From an uncultured Gammaproteobacteria bacterium (GTDB taxonomy: Bacteria; Patescibacteriota; Microgenomatia; Daviesbacterales; UBA10151), in contig CAZVEX010000001.1 in NCBI GenBank assembly GCA_964625535.1, positions 295 through 64,294 of the forward strand: 64,000 bases of DNA, given 5' to 3'. The notes under the pieces are model-generated. The model ran no database searches, had not been told where the DNA came from, and was given only the letters and a program-made list of their open reading frames with translations. Below, one piece after another: positions 1 to 9,335 of this stretch (within the stretch, counting starts at the first letter, position 1; every line of letters begins with the position of its first letter). The translations under genes and the position numbers were made by a program.

Positions 1-1238
1 AGCTTCAATTTCAAGAAGGCTTTTATCCTAGAGGAGTCACCAAAGAACAACTTGAAAAAGCTGCTCAAAATAATCCCGAAATACTTTCACCTTTTGCAAA
101 CGTGGAACAAAGAGATGGCAAACTGGAGGCTGTACCTTACCATGTTCGCTTCGCTAAATATCTTAAACCGATCGCTAAAAAAATAGAAAAAGCATCAGGT
201 ATTTGTACAAATAAATCGTTCAAGGCTTACTTAAAGACGCGGGCGAAGTCTTTAATTACCGGTAATTACGAAGAAGCGTACAAGTTATGGTTGCAGGTTA
301 AAAATTCTAAGATAGATTTTACTATTGTTCCTCATGAACAGCACCTAGATAAATTGTTCTTTATCAAGAGAGTATTTCAAGCACATATTGGTATAGTAAA
401 TAAAACTGAGACTAAATTAGCTGAGCAATATAAGGAGACCTTGTATTCTTCTGCAAAAATGAGCTTTTCCAAGTATCATTCAACAGATATCGCCAAGAAA
501 GGAGTGAGAGTACAAGTTCAAGATATCCCAATTATATCGGGTTTTCCGGCAGCCATGCTTTATTCTGGACAGCACTTCCCCTATGATTTAGATAAAGCCC
601 TAAAATACGGATCTAAAACTATAATTTATAATTCCCAACTGGCACTAAAATTTGAGAAATTGTACTATCCTATTTTTAAGACTATTTTTGAGAAAAGATT
701 TGCTTCTAAATACTCCAAGCAGTTATTGCTAGAGGCATCCGGTTTGTGTATTTTACTTTATGAGTTAGGAAAGCAATTACATAAGTTTGCAGGTGCTAGG
801 GACAGATTGCAAGAATTTTATTCTCCAATAGACATAGCCAATGGATTTGTTTCAGGAATAGAACATAGTAAACACCTGGTTGTTAAGGGAATGCTTTCTC
901 AAGAACAACTTGAGGCTATTATGATTACCCATGTACTTTGTATGTTAGCCGACTGGCTGGTTTTTAAATCAAATAAAGCCAGACAAAACCATATGACTGG
1001 TTATTCCATTTTACTTAATTCCTATTTATCTCATAGGGCATTAAGTGTAAACAGCGGAGTTTCTTGGCCTAATTTTTCAAGAATTTTCTTTGAGATTGAA
1101 ACTATGTCATATAAACTGGTCTATCTTTTGCAAAAAGGCTCATATCAAGAGGCCGAAGAGTTTATTAATAAAAATGTAAGTTTCAATAGTTTTGAAAGGT
1201 TGTCCAGGGGTTTAAGTAAAATCAATACTCAAATTTGA
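1..1238 (+). CDS. Peptidase M49 (DPP III-like) homologue with degenerate metal-binding motifs; 5' end lies outside the window
   Basis: Frame 3 is open from the window edge (LQFQEGFYPRGVTKEQLEK...ILSPF...VPYH...SFKAYLKTRAKSL), matching the M49 N-terminal pattern; GSK motif present; HExxH appears as YELGK. Confidence 0.7.
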   Translation, partial: LQFQEGFYPRGVTKEQLEKAAQNNPEILSPFANVEQRDGKLEAVPYHVRFAKYLKPIAKKIEKASGICTNKSFKAYLKTRAKSLITGNYEEAYKLWLQVKNSKIDFTIVPHEQHLDKLFFIKRVFQAHIGIVNKTETKLAEQYKETLYSSAKMSFSKYHSTDIAKKGVRVQVQDIPIISGFPAAMLYSGQHFPYDLDKALKYGSKTIIYNSQLALKFEKLYYPIFKTIFEKRFASKYSKQLLLEASGLCILLYELGKQLHKFAGARDRLQEFYSPIDIANGFVSGIEHSKHLVVKGMLSQEQLEAIMITHVLCMLADWLVFKSNKARQNHMTGYSILLNSYLSHRALSVNSGVSWPNFSRIFFEIETMSYKLVYLLQKGSYQEAEEFINKNVSFNSFERLSRGLSKINTQI

Positions 1239-1259
1239 TATCTTTCTTTTGTTGTGTTG

Positions 1260-1278
1260 TTGTGATATAATATCACAA
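1260..1278. promoter_or_regulatory. Perfect 19-bp palindrome TTGTGATAT-A-ATATCACAA containing an extended -10 (TGATATAAT) upstream of the HisG-like gene
   Basis: 9-bp inverted repeat read directly; TGnTATAAT at 1263-1271. Confidence 0.6.
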
Positions 1279-1279
1279 A

Positions 1280-1305
1280 TTCTCCCTCATAAATAGTTGG
1301 GAGAA
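1280..1305 (+). other. Hairpin TTCTCCC-N12-GGGAGAA in the probable 5' leader of the HisG-like gene
   Basis: 7-bp perfect stem at 1280-1286 and 1299-1305; no U-tract. Confidence 0.4.
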
Positions 1306-1333
1306 ATAAGGAAGTGGCTAAATAGGAAAAAAT

Positions 1334-2101
1334 ATGTTAGAGCACGAACAAAAAATTTCATTGGCTATAGATGGTGGTCACAATATCCGTCCGGATATTG
1401 AGAGGTTCATGAGGCATGCCGGGTTTAGGTTTGAACTTAAGAGAAACGGCAACCTTCATGCCGAAGTGATAGATGACCTTCTTCTTGGGAGCATTACTCT
1501 TAATAGAGGCCCAGATATTCCTCTCCGGCTTCGTGAAGCAGTTAATGATCTTGCGGTACTGGGAAGAGATGTGGTGCGAGATGCACAACTAGGCGGTATA
1601 GAAATAGAAGAAATAGAGGCTTTGGGTATAAGCATTTGTCGGGTAGTCTTGGAGGTTCCACAGCAATCAGAATATAGTCATCCTGAGGATTTAAATGGAG
1701 CTAGAATAGCAACATCTCTTCCTAACATCACTACACAATTCTTTAAAGATCATAACACTGAGGTGAGAATTGTCCCATACAGCGGTAAGGAAGAAGGTGC
1801 CCCAGCAGCAGGCGCAGCTGATGCAGTAGTTGCAATTTACAACAGTGGAAGAGCGGCAACAGATAATACGTTAAGACCAATATCTACTATTGATGAAAGC
1901 ACTCTTCTTCAAAGTGAAGCAGTCTTAGCTTCTCATACTGACTTTATGAGGGAGCGAGGCAGTGATTTAATAGTTAGTCAGTTTATAGATAGATTTAGAC
2001 AGGCAGTCAGACAACCAAGAAGATCAGTCAATGGTCGAACGACTACTACTACGCCAGATTTCATAAAAGCTATGTTGGATCATGCTACACCGGCAGGCTA
2101 A
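1334..2101 (+). CDS. hisG: Divergent short-form ATP phosphoribosyltransferase (HisG-like)
   Basis: RGPDIP, DLAVLGRD, RIATSLPNIT, EGAPAAGAADAVV, SEAVL follow the HisG motif order; no C-terminal regulatory domain. Confidence 0.7.
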   Translation: MLEHEQKISLAIDGGHNIRPDIERFMRHAGFRFELKRNGNLHAEVIDDLLLGSITLNRGPDIPLRLREAVNDLAVLGRDVVRDAQLGGIEIEEIEALGISICRVVLEVPQQSEYSHPEDLNGARIATSLPNITTQFFKDHNTEVRIVPYSGKEEGAPAAGAADAVVAIYNSGRAATDNTLRPISTIDESTLLQSEAVLASHTDFMRERGSDLIVSQFIDRFRQAVRQPRRSVNGRTTTTTPDFIKAMLDHATPAG

Positions 2102-2118
2102 CTCTGATTTCTTCTTCA

Positions 2119-2147
2119 TTGTCAAAACTTGATCTTAAAGGTATACT
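2119..2147 (+). promoter_or_regulatory. Sigma70 promoter TTGTCA-N17-TATACT, 6 nt before the lysK ATG (leaderless)
   Basis: Near-consensus hexamers with a 17-nt spacer. Confidence 0.75.
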
Positions 2148-2153
2148 TTACCC

Positions 2154-3719
2154 ATGTATTGGGCAGATAAGGTTGCAAAAGAAATTATAGATTCGGGAAA
2201 ATTTAAGCCATACTGGGTGGATGATATGTTTACCCCCTCGGGTTTTGCCCACATTGGTTCTTTGAGAGGGCCTTTAGTCCATGATCTTATTTATAAAGCC
2301 TTAATTCATGCAGGCGTTGATGCAAGATTTACCTATGTTTTTAATGATTTTGACCCTATTGACGGTTTACCTGAAGAGTTGGAAAAGGATTTTTCAAAAT
2401 ATCTTGGTTTTCCCCTAAGAACAGCTCCATCTCCAAAACCTGGTTTTGATAGTTTTGCTGCCTATTTTGAGAACGATTTCATGGATGTCTTAAAGAGCCT
2501 GGGATTGGAACCGGGATACTTATCTTCCTGGGATATGTATCATGAAGGTAAATTTGATGGGGTTATCAGGGAAGCTTTAGACAATGCAAATAAAATCCAA
2601 GATATATATCAAAAAGTAAGCGGTAGCAAGAAGAAAGAATTAGGATGGTTACCTTTGCAGGTAATTTGTGAAGATTGCGCTAAATTGGGTACTACCAGAG
2701 TGCATGATTGGGATGGTAAAACTGTTGCCTACACTTGTGAAGCTATTATGGTCAAATGGGCAAAGGGTTGTGGGTATGAGGGTAGAATTTCACCTTTTGG
2801 CGGTAATGGAAAGCTTCCATGGAAAGTTGATTGGCCCGCTCACTGGAAGGTCATTGGAGTAACTGTGGAAGGCGCAGGTAAGGATCATTCATCCGCAGGA
2901 GGGTCTAGGGATATAGCCAGGGAGTTTGTTAAAGAGGTTTTTCATATAGAAGAGCCTTATAATTTGCCTTATGAATTTTTCCTGATTGGGGGAAAGAAAA
3001 TGGCTTCATCTAAAGGATTGGGTTTGAAGGCAAAAGATGCAAAAAACTTATTTCCTTCGGAACTGGTGAGATTTCTATTTTCAAGAACCGATTACAGGCA
3101 ATCTGTGGAATTTGATCCTATGGAGACAATGGCAATACCGGATCTGTTTGATGAATATGATAGATGTTTTAAGGCTTTTATTAATGGATCTGATGAAAAT
3201 TTGGCAAGAGTATTTGAGATGAGTCAAATTGGGCAGTTACCAAAAAAAGAAAAAACTTATCTTGCAAGATTTAGGGATATAGTCAATTATGTCCAAATGG
3301 CAAATGTTGATATCTTGAAAAAATATGAAGAGATAAAAGGATCGGTTCTTTTGGAGATTGAAAAGAAGATTCTTGAGGAAAGAATTCAGTATGCAAAAGT
3401 TTGGATACAAAATTATGCCCCAGCAGAATTTAGATTACAAATGAGCGAAGAGTTATCGGAGAAGGTAAAGGAGTTAAGCGAGAAACAGAAAGAATTTTTG
3501 AAAAAAACTGTTGATTTAATCGAAAAAAATGATGACCCGGAAATCTTGCAATTGGCGCTTTATAATTTAACGAAAGAACTAGGAATTAATGCAAAAGAAG
3601 CTTTTTCGGCTATTTATATTACTTTAACCGGTAAAGAGTATGGTCCAAAAGCTGCTTGGTTTTTACTGCAGTATCCAAAGAAAAAAGTTATTGCAAGATT
3701 AAAAGAAGTTGCCTTATGA
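2154..3719 (+). CDS. lysK: Class I lysyl-tRNA synthetase
   Basis: N-terminal YWAD, PSGFAHIG (HIGH-like), KLPWKVDWP, GKDH, KMASSKG (KMSKS-like), GPK anticodon-domain motif. Confidence 0.95.
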   Translation: MYWADKVAKEIIDSGKFKPYWVDDMFTPSGFAHIGSLRGPLVHDLIYKALIHAGVDARFTYVFNDFDPIDGLPEELEKDFSKYLGFPLRTAPSPKPGFDSFAAYFENDFMDVLKSLGLEPGYLSSWDMYHEGKFDGVIREALDNANKIQDIYQKVSGSKKKELGWLPLQVICEDCAKLGTTRVHDWDGKTVAYTCEAIMVKWAKGCGYEGRISPFGGNGKLPWKVDWPAHWKVIGVTVEGAGKDHSSAGGSRDIAREFVKEVFHIEEPYNLPYEFFLIGGKKMASSKGLGLKAKDAKNLFPSELVRFLFSRTDYRQSVEFDPMETMAIPDLFDEYDRCFKAFINGSDENLARVFEMSQIGQLPKKEKTYLARFRDIVNYVQMANVDILKKYEEIKGSVLLEIEKKILEERIQYAKVWIQNYAPAEFRLQMSEELSEKVKELSEKQKEFLKKTVDLIEKNDDPEILQLALYNLTKELGINAKEAFSAIYITLTGKEYGPKAAWFLLQYPKKKVIARLKEVAL

Positions 3720-4306
3720 AGATTAATGATCTGAAAAAAATTTTAAAAGTATTTTTGACTTTGCAATGGGCTAAGGAGCTCCCCAGGCAGGGTTTTATTG
3801 CCATGGGGTTTAAGAGAAATGAGGCGGATTCGGTGGCAGCGCATTCTTTTTCCACTGCCTTGCTGGCCTATTTTTTTGCCAAGGAGCTCCAAAAAGAAGG
3901 ATTAAAAATAGATAGTGAAAAAGTTTTAAAAATGGGTTTGGTGCATGATATTGGAGAGACAATTGTGGGGGACGTGGGTACTTTTGTCAAAGGCATGGCA
4001 GGAGGGGTTTTTAAAAATATTGAGGAAGAAGGGGTAGCTGCTTTAGTTGGTGGTTTGGATTCCAAAACGGAGATTATAGAACTGGTTTCCGAATATAATG
4101 ATAGAAAAAGCTTAGAAGCAAGAGTAGTAAAAGCAGCTGATAATTTGGATGCACTGGCCCAAGCCAAGGGTGTACCCGGAGCTTTTGATGCGTTAAAATA
4201 TTTTAAGCAGGTGTATCATATTACTAAATTTCCCTGGCATAAAAAGGCGGTGGATCTGATCTTGTCAGGTGAGGTTGAACCGGCCAGGGAATGGCAGAAG
4301 AAATGA
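3716..4306 (+). CDS. HD-domain phosphohydrolase (YfbR/HDDC2-like 5'-deoxynucleotidase)
   Basis: PRQG, SVAAHS, HDIGE..GD, EARVVKAADNLD; ATG at 3716 overlaps the lysK stop (ATGA). Confidence 0.85.
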   Translation: MKINDLKKILKVFLTLQWAKELPRQGFIAMGFKRNEADSVAAHSFSTALLAYFFAKELQKEGLKIDSEKVLKMGLVHDIGETIVGDVGTFVKGMAGGVFKNIEEEGVAALVGGLDSKTEIIELVSEYNDRKSLEARVVKAADNLDALAQAKGVPGAFDALKYFKQVYHITKFPWHKKAVDLILSGEVEPAREWQKK

Positions 4307-4307
4307 T

Positions 4308-5540
4308 ATGTTAGACATTAATTTTATTCGTGAAAATTTAGATCGGGTTAAAAAATCTATTGAAGCAAGAAAAGCGGATGTGGATTTGGACCAGCTTTTA
4401 TCATTGGACGGCGAAAAAAGAAAATTAACTAAAGCAGTTGATGATTTGCGGGCCAAAAGAAATCAAGCAGCTAAAACTAGAGATAAGAATCAAGGAATAA
4501 AAATCAAGCAGGAATTGCAAGAAGTAGAGAAAAAATTAAAGCAGGTCGATGGGACTTGGCAAGAAATGATGCTACAAGTTCCCAACATCATAATGGATGA
4601 GGTGCCTGTAGGGAATGCTTCTCAAAATAAAGTTATCCGGAAGCAGAGCGAGCCCCCAAAATTTAGTTTTAAACCAAAAGATCACATTGAGCTGGGGAAG
4701 CTTTTGGATATTATTGATTTTGACAGGGGAGTAAAAGTGGCAGGGTTTCGGGGATATTTTCTAAAGCAGGCGGGGGCAAAGCTGCAATGGGCTATATTAA
4801 ATTTTGCTCTTGATCATATATCCCAAAAGGGATTTCAGGCAGTTGTACCTCCTGTTGTAAACAGGGGATTTGCTCTTTTGGGAGGGGGACAATTTCCCTG
4901 GGGTGAGGTAGATACTTACCGCTTAGGTGAGGATAAATATTTGGTTGGCACCTCGGAGATTCCTTTAATGGCTCTGCACGCCGGCGAAACTTTTGATATA
5001 AAAGATTTACCTAAAAAATATGTGGGTACATCTGCCTGTTTCAGAACCGAAATCGGTTCATATGGGAAAGATACCAGGGGACTGTATAGAGTACACGAAT
5101 TCTACAAAGTAGAACAGGTGGTTTTATGTGAGGCTGATGAGCAAGAGTCCTTAGGCTTTTTTGAAGAGTTGCAGGAAAATAGTGAGGAAATTTTGGACAT
5201 GTTAGGTCTCCCCTATCAAGTGGTTATAATGTCCTCTCAAGAAATGGGCAAAAAACAGGCACTGCAATATGACATAGAAACTTGGATGCCCTCCCGCGAG
5301 GGATATGGGGAAACCCATTCAAATTCCATTTGTCTGGATTTTCAAACTAGAAGATTAAAAATTCGCTACAAAGATAAAGATGGGCAAGTTAAATATTGTC
5401 ATGCTTTAAACAACACAGCCATTGCTTCGCCTCGCATTTTGATTCCCTTTTTGGAGAATTTCCAACAGGAAGATGGTGCGGTCAAAATTCCTGAAGTCTT
5501 ACAAAAATATACCGGATTTTCTGAAATTAAACCTAAATAA
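4308..5540 (+). CDS. serS: Seryl-tRNA synthetase
   Basis: MLDINFIREN start, GTSE, FRTEIG, GLYRVHEFYKVEQ, YDIETWMP, LNNTAIASPR. Confidence 0.97.
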   Translation: MLDINFIRENLDRVKKSIEARKADVDLDQLLSLDGEKRKLTKAVDDLRAKRNQAAKTRDKNQGIKIKQELQEVEKKLKQVDGTWQEMMLQVPNIIMDEVPVGNASQNKVIRKQSEPPKFSFKPKDHIELGKLLDIIDFDRGVKVAGFRGYFLKQAGAKLQWAILNFALDHISQKGFQAVVPPVVNRGFALLGGGQFPWGEVDTYRLGEDKYLVGTSEIPLMALHAGETFDIKDLPKKYVGTSACFRTEIGSYGKDTRGLYRVHEFYKVEQVVLCEADEQESLGFFEELQENSEEILDMLGLPYQVVIMSSQEMGKKQALQYDIETWMPSREGYGETHSNSICLDFQTRRLKIRYKDKDGQVKYCHALNNTAIASPRILIPFLENFQQEDGAVKIPEVLQKYTGFSEIKPK

Positions 5541-5541
5541 A

Positions 5542-5811
5542 ATGGCTACAGTTCAAGATTTGGAACTAGAAATTAATAAAATTAAAGAAAGAAACAAACG
5601 TGTGGAAACAGAAAAATCCTGGGAAACAAGCCTGACCAGAAAGATTGTAATATCCGTTTTAACTTATTTAGTAATTTCCTTATTCTTTTTATTTGCCGGC
5701 ATCAACAAACCGTTTGTCAATTCCATAGTGCCGGCATTAGCGTTTATCTTATCAACACTATCAGTTCCCCTTGTTAAACATTGGTGGCTAAAGTATATAC
5801 ACAAAGGGTGA
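5542..5811 (+). CDS. Small membrane protein (N-terminal coiled coil plus 2 TM)
   Basis: ATG 1 nt after the serS stop; IKERNKRVETEKSWETS followed by hydrophobic helices. Confidence 0.75.
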   Translation: MATVQDLELEINKIKERNKRVETEKSWETSLTRKIVISVLTYLVISLFFLFAGINKPFVNSIVPALAFILSTLSVPLVKHWWLKYIHKG

Positions 5812-5816
5812 GTTGA

Positions 5817-6584
5817 TTATCTCCCCTGCTGTTGTCTTTGGCGAAGCAAATCTGCGGCAGAAGTGGCGCTTTGCCCCGTACCTTCCAACCGCCCAAAGCT
5901 GGATGTTTCACTGGCCGGAGCCGGCGTGGCAGCGACTGGAGTGGGAAGTGGTGCAGGCGGTTTGACCTCTTGGGTGGCTTGAGTCGGAACTGCCGGGACG
6001 CTACCACCTTTTGGAGCCTGGCCTATCCCCAGGATAAAATAGGCAGAGACCCCCAATACTGCCAGCAACAGCCCCAGCCCTACCCCAATCAACCATTTTG
6101 GCACCCCCCTTTTTATATTGTCTGTAGGTTCGGCAGGTACTTCGGGCACAGCGGCCGGCGGTACGACCAGCGTTTCCACCTGGCCAGAGTTTGTTGGGAT
6201 TGGCTCTGCCTGGGAACTGTTGCCGACCAGGTGTGACAAATCGGTCGGGGGTGAGTCTGCGGAAGAAGTTTCAGCCAGTGCTTGAGGCGGCGTCCATGGG
6301 GGCGGGGTTGTAGGAGTACTGATTGGCGGAGGCTGAGGAGGCGCGCCCCAGGGATTATCTAGGGGATTTTCCAAAGGCGATGGGGTGGGGGGCGGTGGTG
6401 GTGGCGGGGGAGGAGCCGGTGGTGGTGGCGGGGGCATAAATGGTTCAGGGGCTGGCGGTGGGGGTTCTATAGGAAAGGTAGGGGACTGGGGGAACGGAGG
6501 GGGTGGCGGAGGAGGGGAAGAAGAAACCCCTCCTAATGGGGGATTGATATCAAATGGTGAACCGGGTTTGTTAGAGTTATCCAT
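5817..6584 (-). CDS. Proline-rich single-pass membrane protein
   Basis: Poly-Pro tracts, one TM (WLIGVGLGLLLAVLGVSAYFILGI) preceded by KR..K, P/T/A/S-rich tail; upstream promoter. Confidence 0.8.
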   Translation of the reverse strand: MDNSNKPGSPFDINPPLGGVSSSPPPPPPPFPQSPTFPIEPPPPAPEPFMPPPPPPAPPPPPPPPPTPSPLENPLDNPWGAPPQPPPISTPTTPPPWTPPQALAETSSADSPPTDLSHLVGNSSQAEPIPTNSGQVETLVVPPAAVPEVPAEPTDNIKRGVPKWLIGVGLGLLLAVLGVSAYFILGIGQAPKGGSVPAVPTQATQEVKPPAPLPTPVAATPAPASETSSFGRLEGTGQSATSAADLLRQRQQQGR

Positions 6585-6603
6585 TTAGGCAGTTTCTATT
6601 GTT

Positions 6604-6633
6604 AGTTTAGTAAATTAGTTAGTTAAATGTCAA
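6604..6633 (-). promoter_or_regulatory. Sigma70 promoter TTGACA-N18-TAAACT for the Pro-rich gene
   Basis: Reverse complement of 6604-6633; ends 19 nt before the ATG. Confidence 0.55.
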
Positions 6634-6642
6634 TGGTATAAT
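6634..6642 (+). promoter_or_regulatory. Extended -10 TGGTATAAT, 7 nt before the secA ATG
   Basis: Perfect TGnTATAAT. Confidence 0.75.
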
Positions 6643-6649
6643 ATGCACT

Positions 6650-9334
6650 ATGCTAGGAATTTTTGGCAAACTTTTAGATTCCAACGAGAGAGAGATTAAA
6701 AAACTAAAACCTATTGTTGATAGTATTAATGCTTTTGAAAAAAAAGCATCCAAACTGACTGATAAAGAGCTTCGGGGTAAATTTGTCGAGTTTAAGCTAC
6801 AACACGAACGAGGCAGGAGTCTGGATGAGCTTTTACCGGAGGCTTTTGCCGCTGTCAGAGAGGCAAGCTTAAGAACTATCAAACAGCGCCATTTTGACGT
6901 ACAGATGATGGCGGCAACGGTTTTGCACCAGGGCAGGATTGCCGAGCAAAAAACCGGCGAAGGAAAAACCTTGTCCAGCACCCCAGCCCTGTTTTTAAAC
7001 GCCATTGCCGGTAAAGGAGTGCATCTTATTACTGTTAATGATTATCTGGCCCGCCGTGATTGCGGCTGGATGGGCCCTATTTTTTATGCCTTGGGGGCAA
7101 CTTGCGCCACTATTGTTCATGATAGCGCATTTATTTATGACCCCAAGCATAAAGATACTACGCACGACGATAAAAGATTACAGCACCTTCGTCCTGTTTC
7201 GCGAAAAGAAGCTTACGGCGCAGATATCACCTATGGAACCAATAACGAGTTCGGCTTTGATTATCTGCGGGACAACATGGTTTTTCGTTTGGAAGATGCT
7301 ATGCAACGGGGTCATTTTTTTGCCGTTGTTGATGAGGTAGATTCAATTTTAATTGACGAGGCCAGGACCCCTTTAATTATCTCCCAGCCGGCCCAGGAGG
7401 CAACCGATAAATATTTTAAGTTTTCAGAGCTGATAAGCGCCCTGTCCCCCTCGGATTATGCGGTGGATGAAAAGCTTCGAACTGCTCACCTCACCGAACA
7501 TGGCATTTTAAAAATAGAAAAAACACTGGGAGTGGATAATCTATACGAAAAAGATTTTTCCACCCTTCATCATCTGGAACAGGCTTTAAAAGCCAAGACT
7601 TTGTTTGAAAAAGACAGGGACTATGTGGTTAAAGACGGCGAGGTAATTATAGTAGATGAGTTTACCGGCCGTCTGATGCTGGGACGGCGCTACTCCGAGG
7701 GGTTGCATCAGGCAATAGAGGCCAAAGAAGGGGTGGCAATTCAACAGGAATCTCAAACCTTGGCCACCATTTCTTTTCAAAATTATTTCAGGATGTATGA
7801 AAAATTAGCCGGCATGACAGGTACTGCCGCCACCGAAGCCGAAGAATTTAATAAAATCTATAAACTGGAAGTGGTAGTTATCCCCACCCACAGACCGATG
7901 ATTCGGGCCGATCATCCGGATACGATTTATAAAACCCAAAGCGCCAAATATACGGCCGTTGCCAATTTAATTGAAAAGCTGCATGAAAAAGGACAACCTG
8001 TCCTGGTGGGAACAACTTCAATTGAAAAAAATGAATTTCTTTCGGATTTGCTCAAAAGAAAGGGTATTTCTCATGCCCTGTTAAATGCCAAAAATCACGA
8101 GAAAGAGGCGGAGATTATTTCCAAGGCAGGAGAAAGGGGAGCTGTCACTTGCGCTACCAATATGGCAGGACGTGGAGTGGATATTATTCTTGGTAAGGGT
8201 ATAGATAAACTGGGAGGACTTTTTGTAATTGGCACCGAGCGGCATGAATCAAGAAGAATAGATAATCAATTGCGGGGCCGATCCGGTCGCCAGGGTGATC
8301 CGGGAGAGTCGCGATTTTTTGTTTCTTTAGAGGATGATCTGATGAGAATTTTCGGGGGGGATCAGGTTTCCCGGGTGATGGATTTTCTCAAAATGCCAGA
8401 GGATACGCCAATTGAACACGCACTGGTTTCAAAGGCCATCGAGGGAGCCCAGAAAAAAGTGGAAGGCCACAATTTTGACATCAGAAAACACACGGTTGAA
8501 TACGATGATGTGATGAATCAGCAAAGGAGAATTATTTATGGTTTGAGAAAGAAAGTGTTGGAGGCAGCCCAAATCCAAGATACATCCTTGAAAGAGGAAA
8601 TCCTGGAAAAAGTAGCAAGCGAGATTAAAAATCTTGTCATCATACGCTCTGAAGAAGGTTTGGATGTTAAGAAAATTGCGGAAGAGTTTTCTACTATTGC
8701 CCCCCTTGACGATAAAAGTAAAGCGGATTTGGAAAAAAAGCTTTTAAGCTTATCAAATACTGACGAAATATCGCAATTTCTTATTGATTTAAGCCTTCAA
8801 TTTTACGGGCAAAGAGAAAATCAGGTGGGGCAGGATTTGGCCAGACAAATGGAGGTATTTGTTTATCTTAATACCATTGATACTTTATGGATTGAGCACC
8901 TTGATACCATGGATGATTTGCGCTCCGGCATCGGCCTTCGCGGTTATGCCCAAAGAGATCCTTTAATTGAATACAAAAGGGAAGGTTTTGATCTGTTTGA
9001 AAAGTTAATAGTGGAAGTTGATTATGAAATAGTTCACAGGATTTTTAAAGTGGCGCTGCAACAACAGCAGCCACCATCTCAACCGATTGTGGTGGAAGAA
9101 AAACATCCGGAAATAGAGGTGGGGGTGGAAACGGAAAAAGAAGAGGTAGAAACCGGAAAAGTAGATGAAGGTGGGATAACTAAAGTTACCATTGAGAGAG
9201 GAGGGCAGGTAGTTGCTCAAGAAGTTTACGGCGGTCAGGGTCAACTAACCAAACCTCACGGTAAAATCGGCCGAAATGATCCGTGCTGGTGTAATAGTGG
9301 AAAAAAGTACAAGAAATGCCATTATCCTAATTAG
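6650..9334 (+). CDS. secA: Preprotein translocase ATPase SecA
   Basis: KTGEGKT, VNDYLARRD, DEVDSILIDEARTPLIIS, ATNMAGRG, QLRGRSGRQGDPG, C-terminal SEC-C GRNDPCWCNSGKKYKKCH. Confidence 0.99.
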   Translation: MLGIFGKLLDSNEREIKKLKPIVDSINAFEKKASKLTDKELRGKFVEFKLQHERGRSLDELLPEAFAAVREASLRTIKQRHFDVQMMAATVLHQGRIAEQKTGEGKTLSSTPALFLNAIAGKGVHLITVNDYLARRDCGWMGPIFYALGATCATIVHDSAFIYDPKHKDTTHDDKRLQHLRPVSRKEAYGADITYGTNNEFGFDYLRDNMVFRLEDAMQRGHFFAVVDEVDSILIDEARTPLIISQPAQEATDKYFKFSELISALSPSDYAVDEKLRTAHLTEHGILKIEKTLGVDNLYEKDFSTLHHLEQALKAKTLFEKDRDYVVKDGEVIIVDEFTGRLMLGRRYSEGLHQAIEAKEGVAIQQESQTLATISFQNYFRMYEKLAGMTGTAATEAEEFNKIYKLEVVVIPTHRPMIRADHPDTIYKTQSAKYTAVANLIEKLHEKGQPVLVGTTSIEKNEFLSDLLKRKGISHALLNAKNHEKEAEIISKAGERGAVTCATNMAGRGVDIILGKGIDKLGGLFVIGTERHESRRIDNQLRGRSGRQGDPGESRFFVSLEDDLMRIFGGDQVSRVMDFLKMPEDTPIEHALVSKAIEGAQKKVEGHNFDIRKHTVEYDDVMNQQRRIIYGLRKKVLEAAQIQDTSLKEEILEKVASEIKNLVIIRSEEGLDVKKIAEEFSTIAPLDDKSKADLEKKLLSLSNTDEISQFLIDLSLQFYGQRENQVGQDLARQMEVFVYLNTIDTLWIEHLDTMDDLRSGIGLRGYAQRDPLIEYKREGFDLFEKLIVEVDYEIVHRIFKVALQQQQPPSQPIVVEEKHPEIEVGVETEKEEVETGKVDEGGITKVTIERGGQVVAQEVYGGQGQLTKPHGKIGRNDPCWCNSGKKYKKCHYPN

Positions 9335-9335
9335 C

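Noticed and set aside
2154-3719. Archaeal-type class I LysRS as a sign of recent transfer
   Set aside because: Class I LysRS is established in several bacterial lineages; nothing here indicates recent acquisition
6385-6588. Poly-glycine ORF on + (also the 5832-6236 ORF)
   Set aside because: Antisense shadow of the poly-proline gene, which has the TM segment and promoter
6650-9334. SecA insertion (DPKHKDTTHDDKRL) and very short variable region
   Set aside because: Falls within known lineage-level SecA variation; all catalytic motifs are intact
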